From NCBI GenBank assembly GCA_965657355.1, contig CBFHOE010000008.1:1-12400 (forward strand): a stretch of DNA of 12,400 nt, written 5' to 3'. The notes beneath the pieces are model-generated. The model was not told the DNA's origin, did no database searches, and saw nothing but the letters and a program-made list of their open reading frames with translations. Below, one piece after another: positions 1 to 7,622 of the stretch. The stretch is from Limisphaerales bacterium (GTDB lineage: Bacteria > Verrucomicrobiota > Verrucomicrobiia > Limisphaerales > JAJOIW01). The position numbers were made by a program, and so were the translations under genes. The number at the start of each line of letters is the position of its first letter. Within the stretch, counting starts at the first letter, position 1.

Positions 1-1062
1 CCAAAGCGCATTAGCGGAATGGCACAAGGATTGCGTGAAGTAGCTCAATTGCCTGATCCAACAGGAAAAGTTCTCAATGAAAAAGACCTCCAAAATGGAC
101 TCAAACTTCAGAAATTATCTTGTCCACTTGGTGTCATTGTCATCATCTATGAATCGCGCCCCAATGTGACAGCGGATGCTGCAGGTCTCTGTTTTAAATC
201 TGGAAGTGCAACTATTTTGAGGGGAGGAAAAGAGGCCATCCACTCAAATCAGGCTATAGCTAAGATAATGATGGAATCAGCTTCCAATGCCGTGACATCT
301 TTTCCCGCTGATGCTGTCATCGTTGTCCCTACCATAGACCGGGCTGCCATCCCTTCACTATTATCTCTTACCGAACATATAGATCTTTGTATGCCCAGGG
401 GGGGGGAAGGGTTGATCAGAGCGGTTTCGGAATGCAGCCGGGTGCCTGTAATTAAGCATTACACGGGAGTATGCCATGTTTTTGTTCACGAAAAAGCCGA
501 CATCACAATGGCGACACAGGTGGTTGTTAATTCAAAATGCCAGAGACCGGGAGTTTGTAATGCCATCGAAACATTGTTAATAGATAAATCCGCAGCCAAA
601 GAATTTTTACCTGTTATTGCGGCGGCTCTCTGGAATGAGAAGGTAGAGTTAAGGTGTGATCCAGAATCCTATGATATTCTTAAAGATCACGATTATAACA
701 AAGACCTCTTACTGAATGCACAGAAGCAGGACTGGGGGGCGGAATACCTAGACCTCATATTAGCTGTAAAGATTGTCGATGGCATCGGGGAGGCTATTGC
801 TCATATAAATACGCATGGATCAGGGCATTCTGATGCCATTGTTACCTCAGATGTTCATGCAGCTGAAGAGTTTTTAAATGAAGTAGATTCTGCTGCGGTG
901 TATTGGAATGCCTCCACCCGATTTACAGATGGAGCCCAGTTTGGCATGGGTGCTGAAATAGGAATTTCGACTGATAAAATCGGAGCCCGTGGGCCCATGG
1001 GACTCGAAGAATTGACCACATATAAATGGAAGATTTACGGCAAGGGGCAGGTTCGTGAATAA
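1..1062 (+). CDS. proA: Gamma-glutamyl phosphate reductase (glutamate-5-semialdehyde dehydrogenase), 5'-truncated by the window edge
   Basis: The frame is open from base 1 (PKRISG precedes the tracked ATG at 19), so the true start lies upstream. ProA motifs are present: PLGVIVIIYESRPNVT, LRGGKEAIHSN, PRGGEGLI, catalytic-region CNAIETLL, GSGHSDAI, NASTRFTDGAQFGMGAEIGIST and RGPMGLEELTTYKW. Confidence 0.98.
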   Translation, partial: PKRISGMAQGLREVAQLPDPTGKVLNEKDLQNGLKLQKLSCPLGVIVIIYESRPNVTADAAGLCFKSGSATILRGGKEAIHSNQAIAKIMMESASNAVTSFPADAVIVVPTIDRAAIPSLLSLTEHIDLCMPRGGEGLIRAVSECSRVPVIKHYTGVCHVFVHEKADITMATQVVVNSKCQRPGVCNAIETLLIDKSAAKEFLPVIAAALWNEKVELRCDPESYDILKDHDYNKDLLLNAQKQDWGAEYLDLILAVKIVDGIGEAIAHINTHGSGHSDAIVTSDVHAAEEFLNEVDSAAVYWNASTRFTDGAQFGMGAEIGISTDKIGARGPMGLEELTTYKWKIYGKGQVRE

Positions 1063-1117
1063 ATCACCGTGTTAAATCTCACTCCTCTAGCTTTTATTCT
1101 CACAGCAGGCCGTCCTG

Positions 1118-2449
1118 ATGAATCTTAAGGAACAGTTCAGTTTTATAGAGTCTTCAATACCTCCTCAAGGCTTGTTTGATTCAAAACAATGGCGTATGGC
1201 CGTTCGTCCATTTCCACTCTCAAAAAAATTTGTCAAAGAGTTGGATAACTTTGGGAAGGTCCTCGTAAAATACTACCAGTCAATAAGTCAATTATACCGC
1301 TTTAGCACCTCCGAAAGGGAACCAAGGTGGGTAGCTGAATGGTTGAACAAAGGAAAACCAAAAGAACTAATAGATCTACAGCTCGATAAAAAGTTTATCC
1401 ATCAATTCCCACGGGTTATTCGCCCTGACATTTTGCTCACTGAAGAGGGGTGGGCCATTTCTGAACTTGACTCTGTGCCCGGAGGTATCGGCCTTACTTC
1501 ATGGCTCAATAAAACCTACCAAGCCATCGGGCATGATGTTATTGGTTCGGATTCGGATATGATCGAGAATTTTCTCAAGATATTTCCGGATTCGGGTGGT
1601 ATTCACATTATAGTATCAGAGGAGGCCAAAACATACCGCCCGGAGATGCAGTATTTAGCCAATCAACTTAAGCTTTCTCCATCAATCTCAGATAGGCCTA
1701 TTGAGGTAAGAGATGAAAACTTTACCAATTTCCCCGAAGGGGATTCTGTATACCGTTTCTTTGAGATGTTTGATTTAGATAACATTCCTTCTGCAGCACA
1801 CATTTTCAGGGCTGCAAAAGATGGGAGTATTCATCTAACACCTCCACCCCGGGTCATTATGGAGGAGAAAATGAATATGGCCCTGCTTTGGAATAATAAT
1901 ATTGAGGATTTTTGGTTAAGAGAAATGGGCCGCTCTTACTTCGAAAAATTGAAAAATGTTATCCCCCGATCCTGGATAGTTGATCCAACGCCTATCCCTC
2001 CTCATGCTTCGATAGCCGGTCTAGATTATACAAGTTGGCATCAACTTAAATCGCTATCACAGAAGAAACGTGATTTCATTCTAAAGATCTCTGGATTTTC
2101 TGAACTCGCTTGGGGGGCCAGAGGCGTTCACCTCGGAAGTGATATGCCTTCTGATGAATGGTCCGAGGCCATCGACAAGGCAATTTCCTCATTCGAATCT
2201 TCTCCTTTTATATTACAGAAATACAAGAAACCGAGAACGGTTGAAACTTCTTGGATTTCTCCTCAAACGTATGAAGCGATCGAGATGAAATCTCGTGTAC
2301 GATTATGCCCGTATTATTTCGTTCATGGATCACAAGATAGGCCTCAGGTCAAACTTTCTGGTGTCCTCGCTACTCTTTGTCCATCTGATAAAAAAATAAT
2401 TCATGGCATGTCAGATGCGGTATTGGCTCCCTGCGTTATAGACGACTAG
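1118..2449 (+). CDS. Uncharacterised protein, probable circularly permuted ATP-grasp amide ligase (glutathionylspermidine-synthase/CP-ATP-grasp-like)
   Basis: 443-aa ORF. The motif order RPD...ELDSVPGGIG, EEKMNMALLW, IPRSW, ILKISG...WGARGVHLG, FILQKY resembles the RxD...ExN first, K-loop-G later arrangement of permuted ATP-grasp enzymes. The family call rests on motif recognition only. Confidence 0.65.
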   Translation: MNLKEQFSFIESSIPPQGLFDSKQWRMAVRPFPLSKKFVKELDNFGKVLVKYYQSISQLYRFSTSEREPRWVAEWLNKGKPKELIDLQLDKKFIHQFPRVIRPDILLTEEGWAISELDSVPGGIGLTSWLNKTYQAIGHDVIGSDSDMIENFLKIFPDSGGIHIIVSEEAKTYRPEMQYLANQLKLSPSISDRPIEVRDENFTNFPEGDSVYRFFEMFDLDNIPSAAHIFRAAKDGSIHLTPPPRVIMEEKMNMALLWNNNIEDFWLREMGRSYFEKLKNVIPRSWIVDPTPIPPHASIAGLDYTSWHQLKSLSQKKRDFILKISGFSELAWGARGVHLGSDMPSDEWSEAIDKAISSFESSPFILQKYKKPRTVETSWISPQTYEAIEMKSRVRLCPYYFVHGSQDRPQVKLSGVLATLCPSDKKIIHGMSDAVLAPCVIDD

Positions 2450-2479
2450 ATTCAGCTGGTAGATTCTATTCGGTGGCTT

Positions 2480-3157
2480 ATGAAAATTGTTTATACATCT
2501 ATTCGCCATGCCTATCAAAAAATGTTTGAGGAAAATGGCAATCTTCAGTGGTGGCCAGCCGATGGACCACTGGAGATCTGTATTGGTGCTATTCTTACCC
2601 AGAATACAAGTTGGAAAAACGTGGAAAAGGCTTTAAATAATTTAAGAGCAAACTCACTTCTCGAAGACGCTTCGGCTCTTAACAAACTTTCCGATTCTGA
2701 AATAGAAAAACTCATTCAACCGAGTGGCTATTTCAGATTAAAAACAAAAAGACTAAAAAACTTATTAACTGATATCTTGGACCGGTCTGGTGGATGCGTT
2801 GAAAGCTATCTCTCTGGACCTACCAATCAAATACGGTCAAAACTCTTAGAGATTAATGGAATTGGTCCAGAAACAGCCGACTCAATCTTGTTATACGCAG
2901 GAGATCATCCAGTATTTGTAGTTGATGCTTATACAAAAAGAATATTCTCCCGCCATAAATGGGCTCCGGCGTCCATTGAATACCATCAACTTCAAGAAAT
3001 TTGTCATAAAGCCACGGAAAATTATTTACCCAATATTGCCGGCTCTAGGGTAGATTATTACAAAGACTTTCACGCCCAAATTGTGGTAATCGGAAATGAA
3101 TTTTGTAGACCTAAAAACCCGAACTGCAATCAATGCCCATTGAACTGTTTGCTGTAA
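2480..3157 (+). CDS. HhH-GPD base-excision DNA glycosylase, endonuclease III-related (MagIII/MpgII-like, COG2231-type)
   Basis: WWPA...GAILTQNTSWKNVEKAL, HhH motif LLEINGIGPETADSILL, catalytic Asp in VVDAY, and a C-terminal Cys cluster CRPKNPNCNQCPLNC. Confidence 0.92.
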   Translation: MKIVYTSIRHAYQKMFEENGNLQWWPADGPLEICIGAILTQNTSWKNVEKALNNLRANSLLEDASALNKLSDSEIEKLIQPSGYFRLKTKRLKNLLTDILDRSGGCVESYLSGPTNQIRSKLLEINGIGPETADSILLYAGDHPVFVVDAYTKRIFSRHKWAPASIEYHQLQEICHKATENYLPNIAGSRVDYYKDFHAQIVVIGNEFCRPKNPNCNQCPLNCLL

Positions 3158-3199
3158 ATGGTAGAGTGCAGGAGATTTCATTTTTAAAGTGGTAATTTA

Positions 3200-3925
3200 A
3201 TGAATTCCGAGGAAAAAACAGTCGTTATAGTTCCCACTTATAATGAGAGGGAAAACCTTCCCAATTTGGTGGAGCATTTGGACCGACTTCCGGTCCGAGT
3301 TGATCTGTTGGTGGTTGACGACAACTCGCCCGACGGGACTGGACAAGTTGCCGAGAAACTGAAAAAAACTCACCCATGGATTCATGTCCTACACAGAAAA
3401 AATAAATCTGGCCTTGGTTCTGCCTACGTCGCTGGCTTCAAGTGGGCTATAGAAAGGGATTACAATTTTATTATGGAAATGGACGGTGACCTTTCCCATG
3501 ATCCCAAGGATATTCCAAAGTTTATAGAGGCTGCAAAAGGCTCTGATCTCGTTCTGGGGTCAAGGTACACGAATGGTATTCGAGTTATTAATTGGCCTCT
3601 TAAAAGACTTATTTTAAGTCTATCCGCAGCCCAATATGTGAAAATTATTACTGGAATGCCTTTCCAAGATCCAACTGGAGGATATAAATTATTTAGGCGT
3701 GAGGCATTACGTTCGATCGACCTAGACAGAATCCGTTCCAATGGTTATTCATTCCAAATTGAACTTACTCATATTCTTTGGCGAAACAAATTTCAAATTG
3801 AAGAAGTCCCTATAATTTTTACTGATAGATATCACGGAACTTCCAAGATGTCCAAAGAGATTGTGCGAGAAGCTTTATTAATTGTTTGGCAATTGCTCTT
3901 TGAAAATAGATTCAAAAGATCCTAG
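3200..3925 (+). CDS. Polyprenol monophosphomannose synthase-like (DPM1-like) GT2 glycosyltransferase
   Basis: VIVPTYNERENL, VVDDNSPDGTG, GLGSAYVAGF, DxD motif MDGDLSHDP, LVLGSRY, DPTGGYKLFRR, GYSFQIE, EVPIIFTDRYHGTSKMS. Confidence 0.93.
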   Translation: MNSEEKTVVIVPTYNERENLPNLVEHLDRLPVRVDLLVVDDNSPDGTGQVAEKLKKTHPWIHVLHRKNKSGLGSAYVAGFKWAIERDYNFIMEMDGDLSHDPKDIPKFIEAAKGSDLVLGSRYTNGIRVINWPLKRLILSLSAAQYVKIITGMPFQDPTGGYKLFRREALRSIDLDRIRSNGYSFQIELTHILWRNKFQIEEVPIIFTDRYHGTSKMSKEIVREALLIVWQLLFENRFKRS

Positions 3926-3970
3926 AGAGCATAGCTTGAAATTACTCACCATTAACTCCAATATCATAGC

Positions 3971-5464
3971 ATGGAATCCATTTTTATGCTGATCAGTTTC
4001 TCTGTAAGAAAACATCTGAATTTTTTAATATGCCTATCGTTTATGCTTTTTTGTCCACTTGCTGAAGCAGAGGATAAGAGGCCTAACATCATATTGATGA
4101 TGGCTGATGATTTGGGATTTGCTGAACTCGGAAGCTATGGGCAAAAACTTATCAAGACTCCCCACTTAGACAAACTTGCTCGCTCCGGGATGAGGTTTAC
4201 TCAACACTATACAAGCGCTCCAGTGTGTGCTCCGGCAAGGTGTAGTTTGATGACAGGAAGACATGGAGGCCATGCTTATGTTCGAAATAACTATGAGATC
4301 GGCTCATGGGAAAGTCATGAAGGTCAACTGCCTCTCCCTGAGGGTACGGAGACTATTAGCTCTTTGTTAAAGAAACGAGGGTATCGAACTGGTGCTTTTG
4401 GGAAGTGGGGGCTTGGTCAACCTGGCTCATCAGGGGACCCCTTAAAAATGGGTTTTGACAGATTTTATGGTTACAATTGTCAAAGACATGCTCACAATTA
4501 CTACCCTAAGTATATCATCGATGATAATAAGCGAGTTCCATTGGAAGGGAATTCAAGGGGGACGACTGGTCAGCAATACGCCCCTCAGTTAATCGCAGAC
4601 AACCTGCTTGAATTTGTCTCAAGTACTTTAACCAAAGGCAACCAGCCCTTTTTTGTATACTATCCGACCGTCATACCTCATCTGGCACTGCAAGTTCCCA
4701 ATGAAGAGCTTGCTCCATATACGGGGCAGTGGAAAGAGACCCCATACAAGGGTAATAGTTACCTCCATCATCCTACTCCGAGGGGGGCGTATGCGGCAAT
4801 GATCACATATATGGACAAACAAGTTGGGCGTATTATCAAACTCCTTGAGAAGGAGAATGCACTTAAAGATACTCTCTTTTTATTCACTTCTGATAACGGT
4901 ACGACGTACCTTAAAGGTCAGGTTGATTATAAGTTTTTTAATAGTGTCGGAAATTTTAGAGGCTTAAAAGGGGATATCTACGAAGGTGGAATTCGGGTTC
5001 CTTTAATAGCTTCATGGCCAGGTAAAATAAAACCAGGATTAACCAGTGAGCATATTTCCGCTCATTATGATATTCTCTCAACAGTGCTCGACGCGGCTGG
5101 GCTTCCATCTTCAGAACTTCCTGAGCATGACGGTATAAGTTTCTTGCCTGCCCTTATTAGTGATGGGAAACAAAAACAAAAACATGAAGCCTTAATTTGG
5201 GATTTTGCTGGTTATGGAGGCCAAATTGCTATTCGCAAAGGGAATTGGAAATTACTCCAACGTAAGCTTGCCAGAAATCCTGATGCGCCAATTGAACTTT
5301 ACGACCTTTCTTCTGACCCAGGTGAAAAGTCAAATTTGTCTGAAAAATTTCCAGATATAGCCGCGGATTTGCATAGTCTATTAATCCAAAATCGATTAAC
5401 ACCGGTAATAAAAAGGTTCTCTTTTGGCAATTACTCAGATAATAAAACCTCAATCGCCAAATAG
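3971..5464 (+). CDS. Secreted arylsulfatase-like protein (formylglycine-dependent S1 sulfatase, Cys type)
   Basis: Hydrophobic N-terminus ending in an AEA signal-peptidase-like site, followed by RPNIILMMADDLG, the CAPARCSLMTGR (CxPxR) signature, GYRTGAFGKW, FTSDNG, GLKGDIYEGGIRVP and ELYDLSSDPGE. The start could alternatively be the ATG at 3986. Confidence 0.96.
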   Translation: MESIFMLISFSVRKHLNFLICLSFMLFCPLAEAEDKRPNIILMMADDLGFAELGSYGQKLIKTPHLDKLARSGMRFTQHYTSAPVCAPARCSLMTGRHGGHAYVRNNYEIGSWESHEGQLPLPEGTETISSLLKKRGYRTGAFGKWGLGQPGSSGDPLKMGFDRFYGYNCQRHAHNYYPKYIIDDNKRVPLEGNSRGTTGQQYAPQLIADNLLEFVSSTLTKGNQPFFVYYPTVIPHLALQVPNEELAPYTGQWKETPYKGNSYLHHPTPRGAYAAMITYMDKQVGRIIKLLEKENALKDTLFLFTSDNGTTYLKGQVDYKFFNSVGNFRGLKGDIYEGGIRVPLIASWPGKIKPGLTSEHISAHYDILSTVLDAAGLPSSELPEHDGISFLPALISDGKQKQKHEALIWDFAGYGGQIAIRKGNWKLLQRKLARNPDAPIELYDLSSDPGEKSNLSEKFPDIAADLHSLLIQNRLTPVIKRFSFGNYSDNKTSIAK

Positions 5465-6484
5465 TTTTTCCTCAATTTCTTTTACACTTGCCGTCCCTGT
5501 AGTCCCTAACTTGTGAATGACTACCGATGCAGCAGCCATGGCTATTTCCATAGCCTCATGGAATTGTGCACCTGCAGCCAATGCTAGAATAAGATTCGCA
5601 GTTGTGCAATCACCGGCTCCAACTATATCGATTTCCCCTCTGATAGGTTGAGATTTACATCGACATATAGCACCATTCTTATCTTTACCTATGATCCCAT
5701 GTTCGGATAGCGATACAAAAATTGGCTGACTCAGTACTTCGGTATAATCAGATATAACCTTCTCCCAATTTTCGGGTGAAATCAAATCTGGGTTCTCAAC
5801 TTTATGCCACTCTGAGAATTCCTCTTTATTGACTTTTATACCAATTCCCTCAAATTCGATAATCCTTTTTCTGGAATCAGATAAAGAATGGTCTATGACC
5901 CTATTTTTTAACGCTAATCTAACAGAATCCAGTATTTGCCTTTGAATGACTCCGGTATCTGGAGCGTCTACTTGATCTAATAGGATGACACCCTGAGAAT
6001 GCTCAAGCCCTGATTGCATCTTTGAGCATAAATGTTGAGTAACTTCATTTGGTGTTGGATCCCAGTTTTTAAAGTCGAATCGGTTTAGTTCTTTTGGAGT
6101 GGCATTCCCTTTACAAAGGAGTGGTTTGCAATAAGTGAATGTTCTTCTCTTTTCCGTTTGAATAAACGTATCATAAGACCAATCCACACAATCGATTTTC
6201 TCAAGTGCAGCCATCAATTCTGCTCCCTCTCCATCTTTGCCCACAAATCCCGATGGTATTACCTTTCCAATTCCTAGGGCCTGTAAATTGTTGAGTATTG
6301 TTCCTGCTCCCCCAGGTTGCGCTCTCACATTGGTAACATTATAGACGGTTAGGTCAGTCTCGATCGAAATTTCATTAAGACTGGAGTTAATTTCCAAATA
6401 TCGATCAAGGCAGAAATCCCCCACAAGGCAGAGGGTAATTTCCGGGTATTTTTCGACGATTGAGAAAAACCTGTCTCTTTTCAT
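5450..6484 (-). CDS. PfkB/ribokinase-family sugar(-phosphate) kinase resembling the HldE/RfaE kinase domain
   Basis: VGDFCLDRYL (cf. HldE GDxMLDRY), PGGAGTILNNLQALG, anion-hole motif DIVGAGD, and C-terminal AAASVVIHKLGTT (cf. HldE AAxVVVGKLGT). There is no adenylyltransferase domain. Confidence 0.88.
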   Translation of the reverse strand: MKRDRFFSIVEKYPEITLCLVGDFCLDRYLEINSSLNEISIETDLTVYNVTNVRAQPGGAGTILNNLQALGIGKVIPSGFVGKDGEGAELMAALEKIDCVDWSYDTFIQTEKRRTFTYCKPLLCKGNATPKELNRFDFKNWDPTPNEVTQHLCSKMQSGLEHSQGVILLDQVDAPDTGVIQRQILDSVRLALKNRVIDHSLSDSRKRIIEFEGIGIKVNKEEFSEWHKVENPDLISPENWEKVISDYTEVLSQPIFVSLSEHGIIGKDKNGAICRCKSQPIRGEIDIVGAGDCTTANLILALAAGAQFHEAMEIAMAAASVVIHKLGTTGTASVKEIEEKLFGD

Positions 6485-7581
6485 TCCATGACGCCAAGTT
6501 CTCGGGAAAGATGATAGATAAAAGCAATATTATCCATATTCAAGTAGTCCATTTGGCCGCCCATCCGGGAGTAGCTTTTACAAAAGCGCAAGTAATACGC
6601 AGGGTTATCAATGGGAGGTTCACCTTTACTCCAATTCCAGTTGCCTCCATCCTGAAGATCGACTACATAGATCGTATGATCATCGATGGGATGCTTTGAA
6701 TTCTGAAGCCTGATGTTATTTACGCAACTCATGCTCTTTTCAAAAACCTGCGGGCCCATGATGGCTGACCCGATACTAAAAGTGACTCCTTTTTCTAAAT
6801 TAGAGACCGATTCAGACAATATTTCAAAATCCTTCCCTGCGGCTCTTCCTATCGCCGATGGCTGAAACATCGGGTGGTTCGTAAAAATGTCATAGCCAAT
6901 TCCGGGGTGAACTGTGAGCGGGATATTCATTTTATAGGCGTTTCCGGAGACACAGTAATGCTTCCATTTGTGTTGGCACACCCATTTTCCCGGGGAAATG
7001 TCATTTTCTTCAAGGCCGCACAACAAGTCTGAGATAGCAGGGGTCTTTTTTCCTCTCGGGTTTTGCTGGATCTGCGCAATTAATTCCTCCGGGCTGGGTA
7101 TATGAAGACCATCATCATCTACAAATTTACCAACAGCCCCACCTAGTCCAAGCCCATGGTAGCCGGCCATTAATGCAGAAAGATTAATACTTCTTCCTGT
7201 TTCATCCCAGGTTCCAAATTGCCCTTTCTTAACATTGGATTTGACGCATTCTGTTGATTGACCAAGAAAAGCATATTCCCAATCATGTATAATACCAGCG
7301 CCATTGGTTGCTAGATGAGTAATCCAACCTTGTTCCATTAGCTTTATCAACATGGGGTTCCCTCCATTCTTTATTAAATGCGCACCATATATGAATATTC
7401 GTGAGGCATTAGATTCTCGAGCTTCTCGAATTTTTTCTGCAGCCATCGAAACGACTCCTGCTTGTCGCGCTTCAATGTTAGGAGTTGTTTCCGGGACTTG
7501 CATGACTTCATCAATTGACGAAAGACTGTTTCTTTCCTTCAAGGGGAAAACCTGAACATCTCTGATACTGAAAGTTTTCAT
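6481..7581 (-). CDS. Uncharacterised protein, deoxyhypusine-synthase-like (DHS-like NAD-binding fold) family
   Basis: 366-aa ORF with YGAHLIKNG, LMEQGWITHLATNGAGIIHDWE, GQFGTWDETG, IPLTVHPGIGYDI and GSAIMGPQVFEKS, which match my recollection of the uncharacterised DHS-related bacterial family. Its stop overlaps the PfkB start (ATGA at 6481-6484). Confidence 0.65.
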   Translation of the reverse strand: MKTFSIRDVQVFPLKERNSLSSIDEVMQVPETTPNIEARQAGVVSMAAEKIREARESNASRIFIYGAHLIKNGGNPMLIKLMEQGWITHLATNGAGIIHDWEYAFLGQSTECVKSNVKKGQFGTWDETGRSINLSALMAGYHGLGLGGAVGKFVDDDGLHIPSPEELIAQIQQNPRGKKTPAISDLLCGLEENDISPGKWVCQHKWKHYCVSGNAYKMNIPLTVHPGIGYDIFTNHPMFQPSAIGRAAGKDFEILSESVSNLEKGVTFSIGSAIMGPQVFEKSMSCVNNIRLQNSKHPIDDHTIYVVDLQDGGNWNWSKGEPPIDNPAYYLRFCKSYSRMGGQMDYLNMDNIAFIYHLSRELGVME

Positions 7582-7622
7582 TTCTCTATCTTTGTCGATT
7601 GCAAAGGGCCACTCCGATTTCT

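Noticed and set aside
19..21. ATG at 19 as the proA start
   Set aside because: The frame is open to base 1, and ProA is normally about 415-430 aa, so the N-terminus lies outside the window. This is not a truncated pseudogene.
3197..3741. Antisense ORFs 3197-3385 (62 aa) and 3460-3741 (93 aa)
   Set aside because: They are shadows of the well-supported GT2 gene and have no recognisable motifs.
4628..5453. Antisense ORFs 4628-4822 and 5229-5453
   Set aside because: Both lie inside the sulfatase on the opposite strand. The 5229-5453 ORF starts at a TTG overlapping the PfkB stop, but its sequence is not recognisably protein-like.
7590..7606. CTTTG/CAAAG mini-hairpin between the HAD and DHS-like genes
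   Set aside because: A 5-bp AT-rich stem with no U-tract on the coding strand; likely chance.
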